A DNA stretch of 64,000 nucleotides from assembly GCF_006345805.1 (NCBI RefSeq), contig NC_043020.1, positions 30,442,001 through 30,506,000 of the forward strand, read 5' to 3'. The notes beneath the pieces were generated by a model, which was not told where the DNA came from, did no database searches, and was given only the letters and a program-made list of their open reading frames with translations. Origin of the DNA: Octopus sinensis. Lineage: Eukaryota. Numbering within the stretch: position 1 is the stretch's first letter; each line of letters opens with the position of its first letter. Positions 1-12,455 of the stretch are shown in pieces. The position numbers and the translations under genes are program-made.

Positions 1-449
1 TGCCGTGCTGTGCGACTGAACCCATGACTACTTGGTCGGGAAGCAAGCTTTTTAACAACGCGGCCATGTCTGCGCCTATGTACACACACACAAAAACACA
101 CACACACACACACGCACACACGTACGTACGTAAACACATTGAAACACCGTGTAATCAACTTAATGCCAAATGAGTAACGACTCTCGGTTACGACTTCCCA
201 CTTGATGGATCAAACTAAACAACTCAGTCTCACAGCGTATAAATACATGAGTATTCCGCAAACACTTGTTTCGCACAGACGGAATCAGTGTGACACACGA
301 TGACATGGTTGGACCGTCGAATCACAAGTATAAATCCAGCTAAGTTTCCGTCAGATTTTCAATCTCGGGATCATCCTAATTCCGAAAAGGTATAATATGG
401 CAATGCAGAGCAAATGTAGCCTGAGATACAGGGCTCCCAGACAGACACT

Positions 450-542
<93 letters not shown>

Positions 543-611
543 GTAGGTCCCGGGTTGATTCGGGGTTAACCACAGTAAATAAGGTACTCAATACATAGCA
601 GAGTAAAATTA

Positions 612-737
612 ATTTATTATATAGAAGGAGCTTCTACAGGACTAGAACTGTTTCATTCAAGAGAAATCATCAGGAAGCTTCCTGATGATTTCTCTTGAAT
701 GAAACAGTTCTAGTCCTGTAGAAGCTCCTTCTATATA

Positions 738-743
<6 letters not shown>
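612..743. repeat. Perfect 132-bp palindrome (66-bp arms, no spacer) in (TA)n
   Basis: Centre GAAG|CTTC at 677/678; arms complementary base by base. Confidence 0.95.
676..726 (+). ncRNA. Type I hammerhead ribozyme (mirror copy 629-679 on minus)
   Basis: Stem I AGCUUC/GAAGCU, core CUGAUGA 682-688, short stem II, GAAA 701-704, stem III ACAG/CUGU, triplet GUA (cut after 720). Confidence 0.7.
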
Positions 744-800
<57 letters not shown>

Positions 801-850
801 TATAATATATGATTATATATAGATATATATGGAGAGAGAGAGAGAGTGTG

Positions 851-897
<47 letters not shown>

Positions 898-919
898 TAT
901 ATAAATGTGTGTGTGTGTG

Positions 920-1304
920 TATCTTTTATCTTTTACCTGTTTTGGTCATTTGACTGCGGCCATGCTAGAGCACCGCTTTGAATTTTTAGTCAAGGAAATC
1001 GACCCAATACTTATTCTTTAAGCCTGGCACTTATTATATCGCTCTTTTTTGCCGAACTGCTAATTTACGAGGATGTAAATACACTAACATCGGTTGTCAA
1101 GTGGTGATGAGGGGAGACAAACATAGATACACGCATATATACGACGGGCTTCTTTTAGTTTCCGTCTACCAAATCCACTCAAAGGTTTTGGTCGGCCTGA
1201 GACAATATTAGAAGAGCCTCTCCCAAGGTGACACACAGTGGGACTGAACGCGGTACCATGTGGTTGGTAAGCAAGCTTCTTACCACACAGCCACTCCTGT
1301 ACCT
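920..1304 (-). mobile_element. tRNA-derived SINE family A (head AGGCGCAGGAGTGGCTGTGTGG)
   Basis: Many homologous copies in the window (1-78, 19986-20330, 21703-22138, 24074-24422, 25310-25597, 35570-35880, 44405-44560, 48560-48900, 51467-51875). Confidence 0.85.
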
Positions 1305-1416
1305 ATGTGTGTGTGTAATTAGTATCAATTCTTAATATAATGAGCATTAAATACTTAATCAGAAATAATTATGTACTGATGAAATTACATTATCCCAATG
1401 ACTAATATTATTATTA

Positions 1417-2258
1417 CTAGCAGAATTGCCCGGCGTTGCTCGGGGCTGAATTGCTTGAAAGTACTGTTAATGATTGCACTGAATTATGATGATTATTCAG
1501 GCAAATATTGAAATAAGCTTACGGTGGGAGATAAGGACTTAACGCCAAACGTGTGCCATTGCATTGTTTTGGGGGAACCAAATTTCTGATGAGCATTATA
1601 GGGGCACTAACCTTAAGTTTGAGAACGTGTGGTGGTAGTCCGGGGTGCTCAAAGGAATTGAGTACCTCTATTGGATAGTTGATGACGTCCTCTGTGTCAG
1701 GAGTTGTATCGATAACTGATATACATCGACTTCCCCCCAGGAATGAGTTTTAGCATTTCATCATTAATATGGTGAACAGTTTTATTTCCTCGGGGCCGTA
1801 TAGCCTTTTTGCCAATCCAATCCCTATTCTGATAATTAGCTTGTAAATCTGGGAACACTGCATCTCTGAGATCAGAAGGCGTCTTAACAATGGTACAAAT
1901 GGAATCGATGGCAATATTACATTTTCATCCCCTGGTATTTTTGCCTTCGCCAAAGTGCAAGGAGAGTGTGAGGAAATGCTGGTGATGTGATATTACGTCG
2001 CATATGAGCACGCATATTGGTGTGAAGTTTGAGAGTTATACTTCCGTTTATTAAAAAATATGCATTAAAATGGAAAAAAATGATGGTAAATATTTGTAAA
2101 ATCATAGACTCATCGTAGACGCGCGCTAATACCCAGAAGGGCTCGATATGAATCACGACTATAAGATACCCGGTTTTGTTAAACTGCATCGCAAAATGGG
2201 GAGTAGTTAGGAATCTAAATCGAGTAGACAGACACACAACCTTTCTTTTATATATAAA
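1417..2258 (-). mobile_element. Non-autonomous Helitron carrying a PIF1-type helicase fragment
   Basis: 3' end hairpin CCCG-AGCAACGC-CGGG then CTAG (1417-1420); frameshifted minus-strand peptide DLRDAVFPDL..YPIEVLNSFEHPGLPPHVLKLKVSAPIMLIRNLVPPKQCNGTRL. Confidence 0.85.
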
Positions 2259-3741
2259 AACATACATATACACACATACATACACACACACACACACACA
2301 CATACATGCATACATACATATACACATAAACCGAGTAAAAAATTTTCAGTTATCTCTCTCTTCACACATTACTCTCTCTGTCTCTTCACCACCTAACAGA
2401 GCACTTCACTTACACAACATACTGTCTGTCTCCCACACTCCACAAACACACACACACACACACATGTACATCAATGAGTCCCATGCACGGTAACTTCAAA
2501 GGAACTTCCCTCGTCATACAATCGCTTTCCTCTTAGTCTCTTTCGCTCTCATTACTTACTTATTAAAAAAAATAAAAGTTTTTTCTATGTGTGTAAAGAG
2601 GAATTGGAGGCAGAGTGAAAGAATCACTCACTACAGTAAGTGAATTACTTTCATTTATTCCTTGCCACTGTGTGTGTGCGTTTGCGTGTGGTGTAAACCA
2701 ACTAAGAAAAGCATTTGACACACACACCAGAATGTGAGTTTTCTGTAAATTTTGCTTAACTGGAGTTTAAATTTTAAAAACTGGACTGGCATGACGCGAT
2801 GCATTGTACTCTTAAAAATTGCCAGGTAAATTGTAATTGAAGAAATCCTATATTGTAGATTTTGTCTAACTCCTAAAGGGAGGCAGATAAAATCTGCCTT
2901 TTATAAAATAAGAGTTATGAATTATTTCCGCGCGAGGTGACTGCCCATCCAGACCCGTCGCCAGACATCGGTGCCTGGTGGCGGTCGAGGGGTTGGGTAG
3001 GGGAATCGGAATAATCCGGGTGGGCATTAATTTGTAATAATGCTAAAATGGTGTTTCGAAATAAGTATATCACTGTAAGTCTGGGGGTCGACCATTGAAT
3101 AGTGAGGGGGGAAAGTGCTGTCCAATGCACACCTACCATAACGGCGGTCATGTTTACATCTCAGCTACGTGGTTTGTGTTTCGATCCTACTGGGCGGCAC
3201 CCTTTTATGCAAATCTTGTCTCTTCTAGTCTTCTGGTCAACCAAAACCTCACGAGTGAAATCAGGAAGAAGAGAACTGTGTGGAAACATTTCGGGGAAAC
3301 CATTCCTGTTCAACACCACCGCCAGGCCCTTAGGTGCCTATAAAGGACTCCACTCAGTGACTAGCCGTTTGTTTCAACTCAGCTGTTTTACGATAGCTTG
3401 CTCACTCCCTCCTACCGCTCACAGAGGCTCTGGAAAGGGTTTTGGGCGCTGTCATATGCGCTCACGAACTGTGTAAGCTATATAAAATGAAGGCAGGAGG
3501 AGAGACAACTGCGGCTTTTTCGGCGTTATTAGATTTCATCAGCTCAACATTCGAAGAGTCAATAATATTTCAGGTGAAACAGCAAGAAAATGGATGTAAA
3601 GTATGTTGGGCATAGAAAAAAAATTAACATATTAATAAAAATATCACCGAGTTTATTTATTCAGCGTCGTCATTCGGGAAAAAAGCAACACTTAAGTTAG
3701 AGTTAATATGTATGTAATGGAGTGTACAAATTACAAGTAAA

Positions 3742-3875
3742 TGTATGTATGTATGTATGTATGTATGTATGTATGTATGTATGTATGTATGTATGTATGT
3801 ATGTATGTATGTATGTATGTATGTATGTATTGTGTGTGTGTGTGTGTGTGTATATGTGTATGTGTGTGTGTGTGT
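3742..3875. repeat. (ATGT)n followed by (GT)n microsatellite
   Basis: Direct inspection. Confidence 0.95.
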
Positions 3876-3889
3876 AGAAAAACAAAAGA

Positions 3890-4050
3890 CGAAGACAGGT
3901 GCATGAACAACAAGCAAGTGTATTATTTTGACGATCGGGAAAAATGAAAAAGTCTTTTACGTTTCGAGTCTACGCTCTTCAGCAGAAAGGAATAAGAGGA
4001 ATAAAACAGAGAATGAAAAAAACGTGTAGAGTTCAGCGGTCCAGCATGAT
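3890..4050 (-). mobile_element. Hammerhead-bearing repeat end (PLE pseudo-LTR-like); homologous to 56358-56550
   Basis: Shared AAAGACGAAGRCAGGTG...AAGTCTTTTACGTTTCGAG..CTCTTC..CAGAAAG block in both copies. Confidence 0.6.
3953..3990 (-). ncRNA. Variant minimal hammerhead-like motif (core CUGCUGA)
   Basis: CUUU CUGCUGA A GAGC-GUAG-ACUC GAAA CGU A AAAG(A). Confidence 0.45.
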
Positions 4051-4149
4051 GTATATACATATACACACGCGTGTGTGCGTAGTTACACATACATATACAT
4101 ATACATACATACATACATATGTACATACATAAATACACACACACACACA

Positions 4150-5100
4150 AGTACATAACTCTCCTCCACCTTTTGTCAATTCGCAACGAATCTGTCAAAA
4201 GTCGATTATTTAGATGCTTTTCTAGATCTAAACTCTTCCTCTTATAAACCTTACCAATGACAACCTTTCTTTCATACACAAATAGTGTTGTCCTACCATC
4301 TCCATGGTGTTTAAAAACCTGATAGCCAACATTAATAACAGAATATCCAACGTCTCTTCTTCCGTAGAAAGTTTTGAGAAGGCTGCCCCCTACTACAACA
4401 GTGCCCTAGCCCAAAGTGGCTTTAATGGTGAACTAATTTACAACCCCTCCATACGAATGGCAAAAATGGACCTAAAAACAAATGTAGAAAAATAATTTGA
4501 TGCCGCTCACTCCATTTCCTTTTATGTTAAAACCAATATAGGTAAAAGCTTCCTATCTCTCTTAGACAAACATTTCTCGTAAATCACAAGTACAGAAAAA
4601 TATTCAACAGACACTCAGTCGAATTATCATATAGTTGCTTTGCCAATATGAAGAGCATCATTAGACGCAACCACCAAACGCCTACTCCTAGTTGTAACTG
4701 TCGAGACGCAGGAACTTGTCCACTCGTCCAGGGCAGCTTGACTAAATCGGTCACGTGTGAGGCAGAAGTTACAGCAACGCCAGATGATAACGGAAAAGAA
4801 GACTTACATCATGTTACGTGAAGGCAACGTCAACAACCGCTATGCTAACCACTTATCTTCTTTCCGGTATAGAAACAAAAGCAAAGCCTCTGAGTTGGCT
4901 AGCCATGTATGGGGGCTGAGGTCTAACACCATACCACGTACAATCGAGTGCGAAATAAGCCAGAAAGAAAAAATGGTGCGATCAGGCTCAAACTTCGATC
5001 ACGTGACCACAACAGCACCAACCATAAGCATGCGTACGCCGAAGGCTGTGTGACCATAATAAAGATATGTTAGGGCAAAAGTGCGGATAACTTTTGACTT
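4150..5100 (+). mobile_element. Penelope-like retroelement relic (RT C-terminus plus GIY-YIG region), 5'-truncated, multiple stops
   Basis: INNRISNVSSSVESFEKAAPYYNSALAQSGF, VKTNIGKSFLSLLDKHF, YRKIFNRHSVELSYSC, CNCRDAGTCPL, RYANHLSSFRYRNKSKASELASHVW. Confidence 0.85.
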
Positions 5101-5106
5101 TCCCTC

Positions 5107-5129
<23 letters not shown>

Positions 5130-5145
<16 letters not shown>

Positions 5146-5830
5146 AAATGGAAAGTTTGCGTTTGTGAATTTGTTACTTCAACTCCGCCGAGATTGTCCA
5201 ACAGACCTTGATGGAACTTGACACGTGTGGAGGCTTATTGCCATTCGGTCACTTATGTACTAGGAAGTCTTTTAAAAATCGATTTTTAATCAGCATCGAT
5301 TTGTCATAAATCGTAAAATTTCGGCTCTTTCCGCACTAGCCATCGTGACATCAATTTGACGAAAAATGCTTCATGGGTATAAACAGACAGCTTATTAAAG
5401 GTAATAATCTATTTAGCATTTGCTAATTCTTCATTTCATTGCGAATTGTTTTGATTTGCTAAAACTTATTATTTCAATTCGTTGTTTTAATCTCCCAGCG
5501 TTTCAGGTTTTGATTAGGTAAAAGCATTTTATTTCTCGAGCAAATTTTAGCCATTTTGCGCACTAGCCATCGTGACATCAATTTGACGAAATCTTCTCCA
5601 AAGCGTAAACTTTCGCCATTTTACGCAAATACTCAGAAATGACGACATCGCGGGTTCGCTATCTGACTTTACTCATTTTTTCGTCAAATTGGTCCTAGGC
5701 ATAAATATAGATTAAAAATTTTTTGAAAACTGTCGAAATTTGACGAAAAATGTTTCATGGCTATAGACAGACATATTAAGTGTTCGTCAGAGAGTTGTGG
5801 TAAAAAAGAATTCTTTTTTTTTATCAGACT
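5130..5830. mobile_element. Helitron/Helentron-like non-autonomous element with internal direct repeats
   Basis: GCACTAGCCATCGTGACATCAATTTGACGAAA repeated at about 5332 and 5560, partial at 5737. Confidence 0.45.
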
Positions 5831-6127
5831 TTGAGGAAATATATCGTGTGTGTGTGTGTGTGTGTACATATGTATGATGCATCAATCTTTTCATTCTTTC
5901 TCGTGATTTCTCATATACCAGCATCCTGGTTTTCATATAGAGCTGACCATGTGCTCAAAGCCCAAAGATCAGTTGGAGACACAAGGTGTGTTATAAAAAC
6001 CTGCCTAGACACATATCTTCAAAGCAAAACCTTATTAGAAGCTCGTATTTTTATACTGTGTACATTAAACAATATTTATCTCTCATCAGATGGAATACTT
6101 GCTTTGTTGATCTTGCCTTAACGGAAT

Positions 6128-6471
6128 AGATACATACATACATACATACATACATACATACATACATACGTACGTACGTACGTACGTACGTACATACATA
6201 CATACATACATACATGCATGCAGGCATGCATACATACATACATACATACATACATACACACATACATACATACATACATACACACACATACATACATACA
6301 TACATATATACATACATGCATACATACATACATACATACATACATACACACATACATACATGCATGCATACATACACATACATACATACATACATACATA
6401 CATACATACATACATACACACATACACACATACATACATACATACATACATACATACACACACATACATAC

Positions 6472-6502
<31 letters not shown>

Positions 6503-6529
6503 CATACATACATACACACACATACATAC

Positions 6530-6560
<31 letters not shown>

Positions 6561-6647
6561 CACACATACATACATACATACATACATACACACACATACA
6601 TACTTACATACATACACATACATACATACATACACACACATACATAC

Positions 6648-6678
<31 letters not shown>

Positions 6679-6717
6679 CACACATACATACATACATACA
6701 TACACACACATACATAC

Positions 6718-6748
<31 letters not shown>

Positions 6749-7228
6749 CACACATACATACATACATACATACATACACACACATACATACTTACACACA
6801 TACATACATACATACATACATACACATACATACATACATACATACATACATACATACATACATACACATACATACACACACATACATACATACATACATA
6901 CATACATACATACATACATACATACACACACATACATGCATACATACATACATACATACATACATACATACATACATACATACATACACACACATACATA
7001 CATACATACATACATACATACATACATACACACATACATACATACATACATACATACATACACACACATACATACATACATACATACATACATACATACA
7101 CACACATACATACTTACATACATACATACACACATACATACATACATACATACATACATACATACATACACACACATACATACTTACATACATACATACA
7201 TACATACATACACACATACATACATACA
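6128..7228. repeat. About 1.1-kb compound (TACA)n microsatellite with CA and TACT variants
   Basis: Direct inspection. Confidence 0.98.
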
Positions 7229-7833
7229 TAATGCACCTGCGCTCTTTATGCTTCATACACATTAACGTATGTATGTATGTGTGTGTTTATGGCCAGAGAG
7301 ATTACAAAATGGAATGAAAAATATGCCTCTTGTACCCAATCAGGTGCTTAGATAAAAGTAGCAGAAAATGGTTGCTCACATTTGGATTGAAGCTGTTCTA
7401 GTCATCGCTCTCGAACAAAGACTGCTATTGTCTGCCATAATTAGAACACATTTCTACATCTTATATAAGAGAGGTGATCTATTATGAAGGTTTTAGCGCT
7501 TCTATTCTCAGCGAAATTGACCTAAAACATTCTTTTTTTAAATACAAAAGAACATGGAACCTTCTTTTGTTTCTTTTTTTAAATACGTGGACCTTATAAT
7601 TTATATTTTTGTGTTAAAACAATCGACATTTTCAACAAATGAATGGTTGTTTGGTTGTTTTGCTTCATTTTCAACAAGTGCTACCAATTGGTCTCATGGC
7701 GTAATTTTCATTAATTTTTGTAATTTAACTATTTCTTTGTCTGTCTGTCTGTCTCTGAGGCTGTCTCTGTCGCCCCTTCTGTGTGTGTGTGTGTTGTGTG
7801 TGTGTGTGTGCGTGTGTGTATTGAATTCTGGTG

Positions 7834-7915
<82 letters not shown>

Positions 7916-7929
7916 TAGATAGATAGATA

Positions 7930-8545
7930 GATAGATAACGTTCTTTATTGGCCACAAAGGGATGAACACAAAAGGGACAAATACAAATGTAGAGCTTCTT
8001 TTCGAAAATATAAAAAAAAGGGGGGAAAATAAGAAAGAAAGTAAGCTTCCGATCAAAAGGGATCGTGTATGACAGAAGAGTTTTAAAGATGTAAAAAGTA
8101 AGGTTAGATTTATCCGTGGAAAGAAAAGCCTACGGAAAAGACCACGGGTGGGAATAAACACATGAGAGCAAAGTGCTCTCTCTCTCTCTCTTTTTTCGAT
8201 TTACAGGATCATGCTCAAAGTGGTTTCGTCACTCGCACGCTCCATCTTGCTACATTCACCCACCTTTTTTCTTAAACTTTCACGAGACAAAACCTGCCTC
8301 TCCATTCTCACCTTCCTTTTCAAGTGGTACCTGAACAAGTTGGTGAGCGATTGGCCAGAGAGGTAAGTGCTTGTCTCTAATCCCTTCGCTCGAGTCCACC
8401 TCACACATTCTTTCACCATGGCCACCAGTACGATGAAGACTTCCTTGCTTTCCCGGTTGAGGGAAGATGGCGGAGAAATTGTTACGATAGACTCGTTCGA
8501 CAGGCAGACTCGTCCCACACGTGACAGCAGCCGTTCGGCATAAGC
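7930..8545 (-). mobile_element. L1/Tx1-clade LINE 3' end (ORF2 C-terminus, 3' UTR, AATAAA, (TATC)n/(TA)n tail)
   Basis: Peptide ...WTRAKGLETSTYLSGQSLTNLFRYHLKRKVRMERQVLS...TTLSMIL*; polyA signal at about 7944-7949 abutting microsatellite. Confidence 0.6.
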
Positions 8546-9211
8546 CCAGGTACACATATATATATACATATACATACATAAATATATATATATTTCGTAA
8601 GTAGTTAAGTCTATGCCCGGTCATAGATTGACCAATGGTTTCGCTTAGCCCCGTGAATGTCTCACCAAACTCTAAAGCCGAAGACGAATGTAACTCTTCA
8701 CCTCTGGGAGGCAGGAATTCGTTACGGTCATTACACACACACACACACATACACGCATACACACATACATACATGCATACATACATATATACATGTGTAT
8801 GTGTGTGTGTATTTGTGTCATTATTCAGTTTTATTTCAAGATTTATAGTCTGTCTGTATTTTATAAATGAAAGGCTCCAATTTCCAGTGCTCAGAGTGAC
8901 TTGTTTTCCAATCATCAATTGGTAATTGAAGCTTACTTTCGTTCGAAATACTCTTTGAATATTTATAGAAACAAGAAGTGGAAGCTTGAAGAAAACAACT
9001 TTCCGTACTTTTTTTTTTTTTTAAGAAGCAGCAAAGCCCTATGAACTGACACGTGCGAGAACGGCTGCTTGAAGCTCACGTTTTTGATGTCTTTCTGGTT
9101 CTCGTGAGAATATTCTGAATGTCTTAAACTTCTTATGAGCGAAGTCACTCTTAAAATTGCATTGTTGTCTAAATAATGAATAAACTACATCTGTGTGCAT
9201 ATATATATATA

Positions 9212-9990
9212 CCAGCAGTAACACCCGTCGTTGATCGGGTATGTGTTATTCTATTAATCTATACAGTAATGGCAATGGTATAATATTTTTATAAGAAAAA
9301 ATCATGTAATAAAAAACATGTGATAATAAAACTTTATGGTGCTGTTATTGTATGTCTCTTTTTGAAAGATTTAGAAATAATAATATTTCTATTTTGTTGA
9401 TCAGTGACTGTGTATCACTTTGAAATCTATATATTATCGACAGCAGTTCAGTGGCGACATCTAGCCAACCAAGCTACTCCACGCTGATAAAGATCCCAAA
9501 CCCAGAAACTGGTCCGTGGATGCGAAACTGGTCCGTGCTGGCCGGAGCTACTGATCTCCCCTGTCCGAAAATATAAGGACACAGAATTTTTATGTCATAT
9601 AGCCAGCTGGAAACAATGTTTCCTGGGGCTAAATAACAACAACATTCGTTCCATCCTGGGACTTCCACATTGGCAAAAAAGTCATTACTTTATGGTGCTG
9701 TTACTGTATATATCTCTCTTTGAGATATTTAGAAATATTAATATTTCTATTATGTAATAATTGAAGTAGAAAAAGATCATTTTTATACATGAAGTTCTGT
9801 TTGTTTATTATATGATAATAATGAGTGAAATGTGTGTTATTTTATTTGTCGATACAGTAATGGCAATTATATAAAAAAAAGTTCATTGAAATAAGGTAAT
9901 TGGCTCATTCTTGAATGAGATTATAATAATGGTAAATGAGGTTAATCATGTTGCATTAAGAATGAATATTTCTTTATGAACAATGTTTTT
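9212..9990. mobile_element. Helitron-like element
   Basis: Terminal ACCAGCAGTAAC-ACCCG-TCGTTGAT-CGGGT hairpin; internal duplication 9337-9392 versus 9693-9750. Confidence 0.45.
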
Positions 9991-10725
9991 TTTGTTTTAT
10001 TTCGGGGTACATAAGCCTTTACTACAAACAGACCAGCATCAACCCCAGCTGGTACTTATTTTATCGACCTCAAAAGAACGAAAGGCAAAGTCGACCTCGG
10101 TAGAATTTCAACTCAGAACGTAAGAGACGGATGAAATGTCGCTAAGCATTTTGTCCAGAGAATTAACATTGGAACTATTCAGGCGATGTTTCTAATCTCT
10201 TTAGCCATTCATTCAATGGTGTTGCCACCGTTTTTATAAATACTGGTTTTGTATTTTAGCCAGAAATTGGCAGATTTTGCCAATTTCACAGTTCATGGTA
10301 TTTGTTGATATTCCACGAGTTATGTCGGGCCATGTTTGCATCGTTATTATTCTTTATTTTCCTTCTCTCTTCTAAGCTATTTTGCTATTTTTATTATACC
10401 AGAATGATTTTGTTCTGTATTTTCTCCCTCAATATGCTTAAACTTGTGTTCATATCGGCTTGCCATCCATCTTCCGTTAATCCTCTTTTAACCGGTTTTA
10501 TATTTCTTTAGAGAATATTTCGGTTGTTGAATCACATAACTTTTTCCGTGAAAGAATCGCTCATATTTTTCATAACAACTTATATCCCTTTTATCATCAT
10601 TATTAATGTAATTTTTATTGTTGTTGTTGTTGTTGTTCTTCTTCTTCTTCTTGCTGTTGTTTTTGTTGTTATTTACTTTTAATCTGCATGTTTGTTGCAA
10701 TCAATTGCCGAGACACAGCATCCTA

Positions 10726-10774
<49 letters not shown>

Positions 10775-10782
<8 letters not shown>

Positions 10783-10960
10783 TCCGCTTTAGCGAAGGCG
10801 GCGGTGTTGTTTTCACTTGTGTCTGTTTGTCCATGGACAAAATATCTCAAGAGCCGCTTCACGGATGAAATTTTAGGGATGTTTGGCCTCGTGACCAACA
10901 CGAACTGATTAGATTTTGAGATCGATCCAGTACTGGACATTCTGGATTATTTGTTATATT
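10775..10960. mobile_element. Helentron-associated (HINE)-like element after (ATT)n
   Basis: ATTACCTCCGC..GGCGG subterminal hairpin followed by ...GATTAGATTTTGAGATCGATCC. Confidence 0.45.
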
Positions 10961-12108
10961 TACTTTACATGAAGTAATACGATCTTATGTTGACTTTCAA
11001 GTCTTTCTCTGATTATCTCCCTTGAAAGCACGCTCATGGTTTTCACGTAAGTTATATCGACGTTGCTGCTTCCAAAGTTTTATTTTCGTTTCTCTATTAT
11101 TAATTTTACTCATGTCTCTATCTTAGTAGAAACTGGTGGATAAAGAAATGAAGCTACATAAACGGAAGCAAAACCGTTCAGAAATTAAATAACACTTACA
11201 TATTCAGTAACAATAATAAATTTGATTTATCCTCGACAAGTTTTAGTTTTACCAAGTTTTAATATGTCACTCTTGTTTCCGTTTTTTTTTTTAAACTTAA
11301 TTTTTGAGAGCTGTCAGGTTCATGTTTAGTATTCCCGTTTGTGAGAGCAGTCGAGTATATTTCAGATATTCTCATTTTAAAAATCATCTCCGGTTAATCG
11401 TTGAGAGGACGTTGGTGTTGTCTTGGCGAGGGTTTGCGCTCTCTGCGGGCTCTTGTTATTACTATCATTATTATTGTTTTGATGAATATTAAACGAGTTC
11501 TTTCCCTTGTTCCATTTAACAGGAATTTTCGTTAATATTAACTTAATATCAACGGCGTTTGTTGTCCATCACAGGTTTAAGTAATTTAAATATCATTTTG
11601 GAGCTCCCCACATCCGATATGTTACCCTTCTCTTAACTATAATCCTTTCATCCTTTTAGTCATAAGACATCCCTGATTTAAAAAGGAAGAAAAAAAACTT
11701 TTTCAATATCCTTATTCAGCATAACTTTAACCAAAATGGCTTCTGTTTTTCTTTGCATTACTTTTGTGAAATCTTTTTATTAATATTTTATTTTGTTTGT
11801 AGTTTCTTTTCTTTGTCTTTTTCTTTCCTGTTTGACTTCCACTGAAATGTCGTTCTGTTAAATAAGGATCGGTCTTTCCGGTTTCTTCCTCTCTGCTTCT
11901 CTCTTACTCTGTCCCTCTCTTTTTCCTCTTATATTCTTTCCAGTTTTCAGTGGGATTGGCTGAAGCGAGTTTTACTTTATTAGGATTAAAAACTTGATTT
12001 TTCCACGATGTTTCTGAGTGGATTACGTCATTAGTCGACGAAATTTCGAGTCTGTTTGCGTGAAAAGAATTTCGAGCGGTAAAAGGGTTTTTGTTGTTGT
12101 TTTACTGT

Positions 12109-12455
12109 GAAGGCTCATGACTCAGGGGTTAGAGTGTCGGGTTCACAATCATGAGGTTGTGAGTTCGATTCCCGGACCATGCTGGGTGTTGTGTTCCTGA
12201 GCAAGACACTTTATTCCACGTTGTTCTAGTTCACTCAGCTGTAGAAATGAGTTGCAATGCCACAGGTACCAAGCTGCATCGGCCCCTTTGCCTCTCCCTT
12301 GGATAACATCGGTGGCGTGGAGAGGGGAGGGGGCGGGGACGCTGCTATGCATGGGCGACTCCTGGTCTTCTATAAAACAACCTTGCCCAGTCTTGTGCCT
12401 AACTTTCTAGGTGCAATCCCGAATAGGGTCTTGGCCCTTTTACCTTGTTTTACTT
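12109..12455 (+). mobile_element. tRNA-derived SINE family B
   Basis: B box GAGTTCGATTCC, central GAGCAAGACACTT..CAGTTCACTCAGCTG; copies at 45302-45640, 28640-28830, 49030-49300, 56949-57275. Confidence 0.82.

Noticed and set aside
1586-1592. CTGATGA hammerhead core
   Set aside because: It is the antisense of Helitron helicase codons (MLIRN); no matching stems or GAAA.
6051-7317. Long ORFs (up to 367 aa) of HTYI/MYVC repeats, and similar ORFs at 21.4-22.5, 51.3-52.5 and 55.8-56.3 kb
   Set aside because: Translations of stop-free microsatellites; no coding signal.
9073-9163. Minus-strand exon-like block (NNAILRVTSLIRSLRHSEYSHENQKDIKN)
   Set aside because: Isolated; could not be linked in phase to any other exon or recognised protein.
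9449-9466. CTCF-like motif CTAGATGTCGCC in a Helitron-like element
   Set aside because: Lacks the 5' CC of the consensus; too weak to call from sequence alone.
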